48,580 nucleotides of DNA from positions 1 to 48,580 of IMG/VR virus record IMGVR_UViG_3300043607_000019; one strand, 5' to 3'. A program made the translations under genes and the position numbers. The notes under the pieces are model-generated. The model worked only from the letters and a program-made list of their open reading frames with translations, was not told the DNA's origin and made no database searches. The DNA comes from a virus (taxonomy: Duplodnaviria > Caudoviricetes). This document shows positions 17,374 through 25,747 of this stretch, piece after piece (position 1 is the stretch's first letter; every line of letters begins with the position of its first letter).

Positions 17374-18929
17374 CGCTCACCAAGAAGCCTGGCGGCTGGG
17401 AGACGCGCTTGCGCTATGGCGCAGGACAGCGCGGCCGATTCCTGATCTGTGTCGAGAGCGCGATCGTCGCCAAGGCGCGGGAGGCTCGCCTGCAGGCGAT
17501 GGCGACGAAGCTCGCTGCCGCGGGCAAGCACGCCGAGGCCCGCGTCATTCTGACCGAGGCGGCGGCCGAGCCCACGGAGTCGGAGTTCGCCAAAGTCGAA
17601 CGCATGGTGGACCGCATCGCCGCGGAGGCGCCGGCTGCCGCTGTCTCCCCGAAGGCCCCGGGTACATTCCGTGACGTTGCCGAGCTCTGGCTTTCCGGGG
17701 AGCTGCACCGCCTGTACCCCGACCGTGTCGGGCAGCGCCACCCCGACACGGTGGCAAAGGATCGCGGTCGCCTTGCGGTCATCGCACCGGCCATCGGCCA
17801 CAAGGCACTCGACTCCATCACGCTGGCTGATGCGCGGGCCGCGATGGCCCTGGTGCCGGTCGAAAACAAACAGGGCACGCGCCGCCTCTACGCCCGTCTC
17901 ATCTACCGGGTGATGAAGCTCGCCCGCTATCCGCTCGAGGCCATCGAGCAGTCGCCGATACCGGCGGAGTTCGTTCCTCCACAGGGCGACCCGCCGCTGT
18001 TCCAGTTCCTTAGGCCCGAAGAGGAATTTAAGCTAATCACCTACCCCGGCATCCCGCTCGCGACGAGGCTCGCGTACGGGCTGATGTCCAGGGAGGGGTT
18101 CCGCACAGGTGGCATCGCAATCCTGCGCTGGTCACACATCGACTTGGAATCCGGGCTCATCGTCCATAAGCACAAGACTCGCCGACCGCGACGCTGGAAA
18201 CTCGGCGATGATGTGCTGCGCGCGCTCAACGCCTGGCGCGATGTCACCGACGACGACTCGCCGCTGGTCCTGCCGGGTTTCAAGCGGCGGGACGCGGCCG
18301 GAGACTTGAGGCGCCACCTGCTCCTGGCCGGCGTGGCGCGACAGGCCTTACATGAAAGCGGAGACGACGAGCGCAGGATGCGAGCTCACGACTTGCGCGC
18401 CACCTTCGTCACGCTAGCGCTGGCCAATGGCCGCAGCGAGTCCTGGGTCCAGGACCGAACTGGACACGCGGGCGCGGACACGATGAACCTGTATCGCCGC
18501 CTCGCGCGCCAAGCCGAGGAGATGAGTCTCCCCTGGCTGCACCCCCTCGACGACGCCTTGCGCGACGATCTATTCCTGGGCCAAATGGTGGGCCAGGAGG
18601 CGAAGTTCTACGGTCAAATGCCCACGCAGCCAAGTACTGGTAGTATTCCTAAAGAGCCTCGTGAGACACCGAGGGAGCCAAAAACAGCTACTTCGTCTTC
18701 GCAGGGAAGCACCGAGCAACACGGTGGCCCAGCGGGTTTGTCGGGGGTGGGCCAAGATAGCCCAGTCGAGCTAGCACTCGCTGCAGCACTCACCGCGGCC
18801 ATCGCGGCGCAGCGCTGGGACGTGGCGTTGGAGATCACGCGGGAGCTCGGTGAGCGCCGCCGGTCCCGCGAGCAACCGGCGGTTGCCAGCATCGATGCGG
18901 CTCGTCGCCGGAAGAACGGTGACAAGTGA
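17370..18929 (+). CDS. int: tyrosine integrase with C-terminal extension
   Basis: Catalytic set: R (EGFRTGG), K (HKHK), HDLR, GH, Y (MNLY); about 130 extra C-terminal residues. Confidence 0.9.
   Translation: MTLTKKPGGWETRLRYGAGQRGRFLICVESAIVAKAREARLQAMATKLAAAGKHAEARVILTEAAAEPTESEFAKVERMVDRIAAEAPAAAVSPKAPGTFRDVAELWLSGELHRLYPDRVGQRHPDTVAKDRGRLAVIAPAIGHKALDSITLADARAAMALVPVENKQGTRRLYARLIYRVMKLARYPLEAIEQSPIPAEFVPPQGDPPLFQFLRPEEEFKLITYPGIPLATRLAYGLMSREGFRTGGIAILRWSHIDLESGLIVHKHKTRRPRRWKLGDDVLRALNAWRDVTDDDSPLVLPGFKRRDAAGDLRRHLLLAGVARQALHESGDDERRMRAHDLRATFVTLALANGRSESWVQDRTGHAGADTMNLYRRLARQAEEMSLPWLHPLDDALRDDLFLGQMVGQEAKFYGQMPTQPSTGSIPKEPRETPREPKTATSSSQGSTEQHGGPAGLSGVGQDSPVELALAAALTAAIAAQRWDVALEITRELGERRRSREQPAVASIDAARRRKNGDK
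18577..18754. other. putative attP inside the integrase gene
   Basis: TGGGCCA arm-type repeats at 18577, 18589, 18725 (inverted) and 18748 flank an AT-richer core with the imperfect palindrome AGTACT-GGT-AGTATT. Confidence 0.5.
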
Positions 18930-19141
18930 TGATCATCACTGCGCGCGACGCGTACGGATACCTGGCACGTCGTTCCAGGCGCTTCCTTGGCTGCCGTTGC
19001 TCGGTGCCATGTCAGCGTAGCTTCCGGTGCCCGGGCTCGCGGCACCGCGGCTCGCGTCGCGCGCCCTGGTGCCGAGGCGGTGACGGTGACCTGTGCGACG
19101 AGTGCTGGTGCCGGCGCCATTCAACGGAGGCGGGCAAGTGA
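18926..19141 (+). CDS. small Cys/Arg-rich hypothetical protein
   Basis: GTGA overlaps at both ends. Confidence 0.4.
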   Translation: MMIITARDAYGYLARRSRRFLGCRCSVPCQRSFRCPGSRHRGSRRAPWCRGGDGDLCDECWCRRHSTEAGK

Positions 19142-19380
19142 GCTCCTTTCTATGCAGCTGGCCCGACAACGACCCAGCCTCGTGGCACGAGCAGGAGGCC
19201 ACGTGCGCCACTCACGCCGCGCGCCTGTTCGCCGAGCACTACTGCGCGCGGAACAACGAGTGCTATCGGTCCTTCCTCGGCGGCGAGCTCATCCTCGTCA
19301 AGAGCGCTGGCAGTGAGCCGCAGGCCTTCGAGGTGACCGTGGAGATGGTCCCCGAGTTCCATGCAAGGGCAAGGAAATGA
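19138..19380 (+). CDS. hypothetical protein
   Basis: GTG in the overlap, GGAGG upstream, GC-ending codons. Confidence 0.55.
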   Translation: MSSFLCSWPDNDPASWHEQEATCATHAARLFAEHYCARNNECYRSFLGGELILVKSAGSEPQAFEVTVEMVPEFHARARK

Positions 19381-19988
19381 GGACCGTGGCCATTCTCTAC
19401 TGCGACCCGAAGGGTGTCTACCCGACGCTGCCTGGTTGCGACATCTGGGACCAGGCGCGTGATGCGCGTCTCTACGGTGGACCGCACCCAGTAGTGGCGC
19501 ACCCGCCATGCGCGCGCTGGTGCCAGCTCGCTGGCCTCGTGCAGCATCGCTACGGGTATCGCAAGGGAGACGACGGGGGCACGTTCGAGGCCGCGCTGAG
19601 AAGCGTCCGCCGGCACGGCGGCGTCCTCGAGCACCCCGCATACACCAAGGCGTGGCCAGCACACGGTCTAACGGCGCCGACCGGGCACTGCTGGCAGATG
19701 ACCATCGAGCGCGAGTGGGTCTGTCAGATAAGCCAGGCCGCATACGGGTGCAGAGCACAGAAACTGACTTGGTTTTTGTACAGCGGATCGACGCCTCCCG
19801 CCTCGCCTGATTGGTCTCGCCCCGCGTGGACTGGCGTCGTGTCGGGGGCCCGCAACAACTGTGGTCGACCACTCGATGAGCGTGTGTGGCCTCGCGAGGC
19901 GTCGGCCACGCCACCTGCGCTCGCCAGATACCTCATTGAGCTCGCGCGGCAGGCGCGACCGCTCACCGACACCCGCAAAGCGCGCTGA
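19377..19988 (+). CDS. short C5 DNA methyltransferase-like protein
   Basis: VVAHPPC (motif IV-like), VLEHP (motif VI-like), Q..YG...QK.T (motif VIII-like), TP..LA..L; no clear FxGxG. Confidence 0.55.
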   Translation: MRTVAILYCDPKGVYPTLPGCDIWDQARDARLYGGPHPVVAHPPCARWCQLAGLVQHRYGYRKGDDGGTFEAALRSVRRHGGVLEHPAYTKAWPAHGLTAPTGHCWQMTIEREWVCQISQAAYGCRAQKLTWFLYSGSTPPASPDWSRPAWTGVVSGARNNCGRPLDERVWPREASATPPALARYLIELARQARPLTDTRKAR

Positions 19989-20021
19989 ATCACCGCGCCG
20001 CGAGGCGCCAACAGAAGGACT

Positions 20022-20219
20022 TTGATGAGACCCAGGACACCTGAGCCACAGCCGCTGCCGGCGACGCTAGAGCAACTCGAACGAGACCATATAGCCGCAG
20101 TCATGCTGTCCACCAAGGGCAACAAGAGACTCGCTGCGCGCCTGCTCGGCATCGACCGGCGCACGCTCTATCGAAAAATCGACCGCTACCGCGACACCAA
20201 GCAGGTTGGGGCGCGCTGA
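20022..20219 (+). CDS. stand-alone Fis-type HTH_8 protein
   Basis: LEQLERDHI..V.....GNK..AARLLGIDRRTLYRKI. Confidence 0.85.
   Translation: MMRPRTPEPQPLPATLEQLERDHIAAVMLSTKGNKRLAARLLGIDRRTLYRKIDRYRDTKQVGAR
20140..20168 (+). repeat. 29-bp exact direct repeat, copy 2
   Basis: Identical to 11214-11242. Confidence 0.9.
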
Positions 20220-20222
20220 CAC

Positions 20223-21083
20223 ATGAACTTCGAGGACGAGCCATACGTCCGTCTGTATTCGCGCAAGACGCTCACGTCCAAGCAGCTCGGCTGGGAGGGC
20301 CGAGTCGTGCTGCGAATGATGCTCGACGAGTTCGACGCCGCGGGAATCTTCGCGATCCGAGGCGACGTTGCGCAGTGCATTGCCGCGATTACGGACCTGC
20401 CGATCGAGATCGCTCGAGTTGGCCTGGCACGTCTCATCGAGACGGAGACATGGGTCGTAACGGCTCGCGCCATCACGTGGCCGACGTACGAAGAGGCGCA
20501 GAATTGTAGCCGGTCTGACCGTGTCAGGCAGCGGGAGAGCCGGCGCGCGCGTGCTGCTCACTCTGTGACCGATGTCACGCCACGCGCGGCGCGTGTGACA
20601 GATGTCACAGCCGGTCACGCCGAGTCACAGCCGGTCACGCCGAGTCACAGCCGGTCACAAAATGTCACTCTCCCTCCCTCCCATCCCCCCATCCTCCCTC
20701 CCTCCCCCCCACCCGTGGGAGAGAGCGCGCGCGACGCCGAGCCGCCGTCAGCCGTCGGTTTCCCTCGGGCCGTAGGCGGGCCTGTCCGGGCCGCGTGGGC
20801 CACGACGATGCCTACCAAGACTCCGCCGCAGGAGTATCTCGACGAGGCCACGATGCGGGCCATTCCGCTCGAGCAAGCGCGCTCTACGTGGTCGCACTAC
20901 TGGGGGGCGGGGCTGCCCCAGGGCGGAGTCGAGCGCCTTCACGACTGGCTGCTGCAACGCGCCAAGGAGCGATCGACCAAGAACGCACACCTGGCCCGGG
21001 AGGGGCCGCGCCGCTCGGGCTCTGCGCAACGCGATCACGGGGTGGATGGGTGGGCTGAATCTGAGCGGAAAGACGCGGTATGA
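20223..21083 (+). CDS. replication initiator (O-like)
   Basis: Y...Q....SD..RQR..R.R segment followed by an internal iteron array; DnaC-like ATPase downstream. Confidence 0.65.
   Translation: MNFEDEPYVRLYSRKTLTSKQLGWEGRVVLRMMLDEFDAAGIFAIRGDVAQCIAAITDLPIEIARVGLARLIETETWVVTARAITWPTYEEAQNCSRSDRVRQRESRRARAAHSVTDVTPRAARVTDVTAGHAESQPVTPSHSRSQNVTLPPSHPPILPPSPPPVGESARDAEPPSAVGFPRAVGGPVRAAWATTMPTKTPPQEYLDEATMRAIPLEQARSTWSHYWGAGLPQGGVERLHDWLLQRAKERSTKNAHLAREGPRRSGSAQRDHGVDGWAESERKDAV
20565..20714. repeat. iteron array / putative origin with pyrimidine tract
   Basis: GTCAC every 10 bp at 20604-20668 (7 copies); GTGAC-N4-GTCAC at 20565 and 20595; C-rich tract 20668-20714. Confidence 0.7.
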
Positions 21084-21265
21084 GTGATGAAAACCAAGAA
21101 ACTAAGATCGACCACGAGCTCGACTTGGCGATCCGGTTCGGGCGCAAGTGGGGCGCGATTGACGCCGAAGGTCGGGTGCTTTGCATCCGGTGCAACTACC
21201 GACCCGGCACGCTGCCGAGCCTGTGCTGCGTGGGCTGCCTCGAGCACAAGAGGGGCGGCCGATGA
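21080..21265 (+). CDS. small Zn-finger-like protein
   Basis: CxxC...CxxC; ATGA overlaps. Confidence 0.5.
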   Translation: MSDENQETKIDHELDLAIRFGRKWGAIDAEGRVLCIRCNYRPGTLPSLCCVGCLEHKRGGR

Positions 21266-21942
21266 CCGCTGAGGAACTGGACGCCGCCATGGAGGCTGCC
21301 GTGCCCGTTGCCGCGGCACCAGTGACCTCGACGCCAGCGCTGGCTGACGTACTGGCCCTTCCGACGCGTCAGAGCGGCAAGCAGCTCTACGAGGAGTTGG
21401 CTGCGCTGCGCAAGCAGGCGCAGGAGCGCGGCCGCCAGGACCGTCGCAAGCGCATCGCCGAGGAACGCCGCAAGCTCGCGCCGCACATCAATGCCGACCT
21501 GCGCGGGCAGCTCGAGCGAACCAGGACGCCGTGCGCGGTCCTGCTGGGTCCAACGAAGCTCGGCAAGACCAGAGCGATCCACTGGCTGCGCGCCGAGTTC
21601 GGTGGGGATGTGATCCACGCCCGCGAGCTCGGCAGCTGCGAGCGCCGACACGGCCTCGGCGAAGGCTACCCGCCGGAGCTCGACCGCGCGCGAACTGCAC
21701 GGGTGCTCTACATCGACGACGTTGGCGCCGAGGAAGCGCGTGACCTCTCGGTCATCCAGTACGCGATCGAGCTGCGCTATCGCCTCGGGCTGCCGCTGAC
21801 GGTGACCTCGGGGCTGACGAAGGCGGAGCTGCAAGCGCATCTCGGCGCGGCCTACGTGCGGCGGCTGCGCGAGCAGCACGCGCCGCGAGGCGACGGGGAA
21901 TGGCCTGTTTTGATCATTGATGGGTTTGGAGGTGGAACATGA
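21262..21942 (+). CDS. DnaC/IstB-like AAA+ helicase loader
   Basis: Walker A GPTKLGKT, Walker B LYIDDVG, RY....P..VTS.L, RRLRE. Confidence 0.85.
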   Translation: MTAEELDAAMEAAVPVAAAPVTSTPALADVLALPTRQSGKQLYEELAALRKQAQERGRQDRRKRIAEERRKLAPHINADLRGQLERTRTPCAVLLGPTKLGKTRAIHWLRAEFGGDVIHARELGSCERRHGLGEGYPPELDRARTARVLYIDDVGAEEARDLSVIQYAIELRYRLGLPLTVTSGLTKAELQAHLGAAYVRRLREQHAPRGDGEWPVLIIDGFGGGT

Positions 21943-22454
21943 ATCTGACGAGCATTTACAACACGTTCGGCACGCTGGTCTGGGACGTCTACGGTCGCGC
22001 ACTGGTCGAGTTGAACAGCCACTGCGTCATCGGCTGCCCGCTCGATGGCAACACGGCGTCAATGGGCGCCTGCGCTGAAAGGCGTTCTGCGGCTTTCCGA
22101 ATGCGTGAGGAGACGCTTCAGCGCGAGACCGTGCTGAGCTTTGGAGAGCTGTCGAGCTGGGCCAATCGCCGCGGCGGACAGTGGGACTCCATGGTGTGCG
22201 AGCGCGAGCCAGACTGGCAACGCGTCCTCGGCGAACTCGTCAATCGGTACTGGGTGCGCGAAGCGCTGCAGTGGCTGTACGAGCAACGCACGCCCGCGGA
22301 GGCGCCGGTCACGCTAGGACTGCTCGACGCCGTTGCGAGGTGCGGTCGGGCGGGGAGGCTCATCGTGATGCGCTGTGGCGAGTGGGACGCCGCAGTGATG
22401 TGCGCGCTCGGTGAGCAGCAGGGTGACGATCCGCTCGGGGAGGTGGTCGCGTGA
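21939..22454 (+). CDS. hypothetical protein
   Basis: GGAGG RBS, ATGA overlap. Confidence 0.55.
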   Translation: MNLTSIYNTFGTLVWDVYGRALVELNSHCVIGCPLDGNTASMGACAERRSAAFRMREETLQRETVLSFGELSSWANRRGGQWDSMVCEREPDWQRVLGELVNRYWVREALQWLYEQRTPAEAPVTLGLLDAVARCGRAGRLIVMRCGEWDAAVMCALGEQQGDDPLGEVVA

Positions 22455-22621
22455 AGCGCAAGACATCCGCGCAGAAGCGCGCATCGGCGAACGAGCGCAA
22501 GTACATCGACCGGGCGATTCTGCGTCTGACGCGGACGTTTTACTGCGGATCGGACAAGCTGAGCGAGCCGGAGTTCCGTGAGCTCATGGGGTTGGTGCTG
22601 GCCCGCCGGAGGGTGCCATGA
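22451..22621 (+). CDS. 56-aa basic hypothetical protein (not in ORF track)
   Basis: GGAGG RBS, GTGA and ATGA overlaps; MKRKTSAQKRASANERKYIDRAILRLT... Confidence 0.5.
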   Translation: MKRKTSAQKRASANERKYIDRAILRLTRTFYCGSDKLSEPEFRELMGLVLARRRVP

Positions 22622-23142
22622 GCATCGGCGAACCAGACGGACACTACTCGTTCTACAACGAGAGCCGGCGCGTCGCGCGCAAGGGCCACTCGTGTGATGC
22701 GTGTGACAGACCCATCGCGCCGGGAGATATCTACTACGACATTCGCGCCGGATGGGAGGGCATCCGCACGTACAAGCGCTGCCCGCCCTGTCAGGCTATC
22801 CACAAGCACCTACGCGAGAAGCTGTCCGGCAACGGCGAGTGGCCGGCGGAGGAACTCGACTGCGGTCACGAGTACGATGAGCTGCACGATGAGTCGGCTC
22901 CCGCGTGGCTGCAAGCGCTCGCGTTTTGGCTGCCGGGAGACCCATTGCCCCAGGTTCACCCGTGTCGATTCCTGTACGGCCCATACGCCGAACCCATGCG
23001 CCACGAGCGCGAGTGTTCAACATGGCGCGCTTACCCGTACAGTCGTGGATACGGCATCAGCACCTCGAAGGATGAGGGTCAGTGCGGAAGGCGCTCGCGC
23101 CCGCTGCCCGGCATGCAGCTCTGCGAGCAGGTGGCGTCGTGA
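22618..23142 (+). CDS. Zn-ribbon hypothetical protein
   Basis: ARK.H.CD.C...I.PGD.Y and C..C. Confidence 0.6.
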   Translation: MSIGEPDGHYSFYNESRRVARKGHSCDACDRPIAPGDIYYDIRAGWEGIRTYKRCPPCQAIHKHLREKLSGNGEWPAEELDCGHEYDELHDESAPAWLQALAFWLPGDPLPQVHPCRFLYGPYAEPMRHERECSTWRAYPYSRGYGISTSKDEGQCGRRSRPLPGMQLCEQVAS

Positions 23143-23588
23143 GAGCCCTGTCTCTTCTGCAGCCGTGGGCCTGGATCGTGGTCTACGGCGGCAAGCGCAT
23201 CGAAAACCGCACGTGGAACACGAACGTCCGAGGCCCGTTCCTGATTCACGCATCCATGGGGATCACTCGGGCGCAGTACGACGACGCGATCGACACATGC
23301 ATAGCGCTGGGTGCGCTCAGTGTGGCCAAGCGCGTGCCGCCGATGGAACAGCTGCCACGCGGCGGAATCGTCGGGCAAGCAACGTTATCGCATGTCCACC
23401 GACCATGCGCCCCGTCCTGTGGCGTTGACGACCCGAGAGTGTGGCGCTGCCAGCACGCATGGCACATGCCGTGTCAGTTCGGCTTTTCGCTGGTGGACGT
23501 GCAGCCGCTCCCGTTCCTGCCGTGCAAGGGCTCGCGCGGGTGGTGGGGTAACTTCGAGATCCGCGATGGCCAGGCGGTGCAGCTGTGA
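23139..23588 (+). CDS. ASCH domain protein
   Basis: ALSL.QPWA.....G.K.IENR.W....RG...IHA. Confidence 0.88.
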   Translation: MRALSLLQPWAWIVVYGGKRIENRTWNTNVRGPFLIHASMGITRAQYDDAIDTCIALGALSVAKRVPPMEQLPRGGIVGQATLSHVHRPCAPSCGVDDPRVWRCQHAWHMPCQFGFSLVDVQPLPFLPCKGSRGWWGNFEIRDGQAVQL

Positions 23589-24067
23589 GCTCGGCCACCT
23601 TCAGTCCATGTGGCCGCTACCGATACGACCTGACGCGGACCTGGGGCACGGGCAACAGGATCGCCGTCTGGTGCGGCCTAAACCCGAGCACAGCAGACGC
23701 CGTCAAGCCAGACCCCACAGTCACGCGCGAGGTCAACTTCTCCAAGGACTGGGGCTACGACGGCTACGCCAAGGTCAACGCCTATGCGTTCCGCAGCACC
23801 GACCCGAAAGCGATGCTGCGGCAGAACGACCCGTGCGGCGAGGACAACCTCGGCCACATTCTCCGGTGGGCCAAGGCCGGCGCGATCTTCATTGCCTGCT
23901 GGGGGAACAACATCCGACCGGCACAGGCGTCGACGCTGAGACTGGCGATGTACCTAAACGGGATCGAGGTCCACGCGCTGAAGCTCACCAAGCAGGGTCA
24001 CCCGCAGCACCCGCTCTACCTGAGCGCTACCACGAAGCCATTCGTGTGGTTGCGAGGTGGGGAGTGA
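23585..24067 (+). CDS. DUF1643 family protein
   Basis: S.CG.YRY.L.R.W, LNPSTAD...DPT, TK.GHP.HPLY. Confidence 0.9.
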   Translation: MSSATFSPCGRYRYDLTRTWGTGNRIAVWCGLNPSTADAVKPDPTVTREVNFSKDWGYDGYAKVNAYAFRSTDPKAMLRQNDPCGEDNLGHILRWAKAGAIFIACWGNNIRPAQASTLRLAMYLNGIEVHALKLTKQGHPQHPLYLSATTKPFVWLRGGE

Positions 24068-24327
24068 GCACGTTGACCCCACAAGTAGCGCACGAGCTCT
24101 GCCTCGAGCGGCAGCGCGAGCCTGAGCAAGACCCGATCGGAGAGTACGCGAACGCGCTCCGTGCCGACGCAGCCGTGCTCGGGCGGGTAGCCAGGCGCCT
24201 GAGCAGAGACCAGATGCTTTGCCCCGGGCTCGACCTGAACCGGTGCGCGAAGAGCGCGGGAGTCCTCAGCCAGCACCTGACCGCGTTGGCCGCTGCGCTG
24301 GAGCAGGAGCGTCATGGAACCCGATGA
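24064..24327 (+). CDS. hypothetical protein
   Basis: GTGA overlap, helical protein. Confidence 0.5.
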   Translation: MSTLTPQVAHELCLERQREPEQDPIGEYANALRADAAVLGRVARRLSRDQMLCPGLDLNRCAKSAGVLSQHLTALAAALEQERHGTR

Positions 24328-24655
24328 AGACCAGGACGACACGCGCATCTGCACGAAGTGCGAAAAGCGCCCGCGGTGGAGCAAGCACGGCGCCTGCCGC
24401 CGATGCGCGGAGTGCGCAGGCAAGTCTGTGGCCTGGTGCATACGAGTCAGGAAGTCGGACGAAGCCCCGAAGGGCCTCACGCCCAGCAAGTGGGATGCTC
24501 GAAACATCGAGCGGTACCACATCCTACGCCGTCTCGGAGCCACCTCCGAGCAAGCGCGAGCCGGGCGAAGCGGAACGCGCGTTTTTGAGGCAACACAGGC
24601 TCGTCTATCACAGGCCGGAGCTGTTCCCCGACGACGCGCTGCGGGTGGCGCGTGA
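24314..24655 (+). CDS. Cys-rich hypothetical protein, possibly frameshifted and ending at 24713
   Basis: AGGAG RBS, CxxC motifs; coding-like codon usage moves to the +1 frame after about 24585. Confidence 0.45.
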   Translation: MEPDEDQDDTRICTKCEKRPRWSKHGACRRCAECAGKSVAWCIRVRKSDEAPKGLTPSKWDARNIERYHILRRLGATSEQARAGRSGTRVFEATQARLSQAGAVPRRRAAGGA

Positions 24656-24709
24656 GGCCGTTCGGCAGGGGTTCCGGCACCCCATGGCGGACTTTTTCGC
24701 GTGGCTTAC

Positions 24710-24737
24710 TTGACACGTGTCCCAGGACACGCATACT
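24710..24737 (+). promoter_or_regulatory. sigma70 promoter with a palindromic operator filling the spacer
   Basis: TTGACA (24710-24715), CGTGTCC-CA-GGACACG (24716-24731), CATACT (24732-24737). Confidence 0.7.
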
Positions 24738-24846
24738 AGGACATGTATTCGGACGCCAACACCCGGCGGCAGCGGTTCGAGGCATAGGCCCAACACCCGC
24801 TGCCGCCGGCTCGCGGCGTCACGTCACCACACGGGAGTGCAATTCA

Positions 24847-25392
24847 ATGCGCCGCGTAACCCACTGTCTGCTCGGAACGGCTCTGTTTGGTCTGCTCATG
24901 ATCGACGGCTGGGGCTGCTCCTCGCCGCCTGAGCGATCAGGTAAGGATTGGACGCTGCGCCTCGCACCGGAAGCGGCCCTTGCAGACGTCGTGGAGGATT
25001 GGGCCGAGCGGTGGAGCGCCGCCACGGGTCGAACGATCCTGGTTGGTACCGAGGGCGCGCCGGTCACGGTCGAGGACGACCTCGTGAGCCCCAATGGAAA
25101 GACTGCGTGTGAGCTGACGTCGACCAAGTTCCACGAGGAGACGGGCGAATGGGTATCCACCGATTGGATCCACATCGACCTGACTCCGCCGTGGCACTGC
25201 GCCGGCTGGGGCTACTCGATCGGACACGCGATGGGCCACGGCCTGAGCGCTTGCGGGCACACCACGGCCAAGGGCTCGCTCATGCAGGACGGCCTAGAGC
25301 AGGGCACGCAATACGTTATCGACGAGGCTTCCCTAGAGCTCGTCTGCGCGACGTCTGAGTGCACGACCTTCGCCCCGGAGACGCTCCAATGA
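24847..25392 (+). CDS. predicted lipoprotein with matrixin-like metzincin motif lacking the catalytic Glu
   Basis: Signal ending GWG-C; HAMGHGLSACGH and Met-turn GSLM. Confidence 0.65.
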   Translation: MRRVTHCLLGTALFGLLMIDGWGCSSPPERSGKDWTLRLAPEAALADVVEDWAERWSAATGRTILVGTEGAPVTVEDDLVSPNGKTACELTSTKFHEETGEWVSTDWIHIDLTPPWHCAGWGYSIGHAMGHGLSACGHTTAKGSLMQDGLEQGTQYVIDEASLELVCATSECTTFAPETLQ

Positions 25393-25553
25393 GCATCTCT
25401 CGAGCAGCGAAGACGGTGCCGCCACCGCCAGCGCCTGTCGCGGCGATCGAGCTGGGCGACAAGATCCGAGAGCTACGCGACGTGGCGGCCTCGATCCTGG
25501 CTCGCGCCAACGACCTCGAAGAGGTCAAGGCGTGGCTGGAGGGGCAGCGATGA
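25389..25553 (+). CDS. small hypothetical protein
   Basis: ATGA overlaps, GGAG RBS. Confidence 0.5.
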   Translation: MSISRAAKTVPPPPAPVAAIELGDKIRELRDVAASILARANDLEEVKAWLEGQR

Positions 25554-25747
25554 GCTGGGACGAGCGCATCAAGTACGTCCCCGTCGACATGTGGGGAGAG
25601 CTAGCGATGCAGATTTGGGAGGAGTCGGCGCGCCAGGAGTCGTGGCGGTTCCGCGTGGGCATCGTGACGTTCTCAGAGATTCAAGAAGCACAGCGGTACG
25701 CCACATCGGCGGACCCGATCATGGTTGAAGGAGACGCAAGCAAATGA
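25550..25747 (+). CDS. small hypothetical protein
   Basis: GGAGG RBS, ATGA overlaps. Confidence 0.5.
   Translation: MSWDERIKYVPVDMWGELAMQIWEESARQESWRFRVGIVTFSEIQEAQRYATSADPIMVEGDASK

Noticed and set aside
18600-18720. tRNA fragment as att core, or tRNA genes anywhere
   Set aside because: No T-loop/acceptor-stem pattern recognised by eye; tRNAscan-SE or ARAGORN would be decisive
18749-18766. CCAAGATAGCC shared with 32836-32846
   Set aside because: Only 11 bp exact; could be chance, and no further att-like context at the second site
20604-20668. Tandem 20-bp repeats as a CRISPR array
   Set aside because: No unique spacers; they lie inside the initiator ORF and fit iterons. The Cas4-like gene is a solo phage nuclease.
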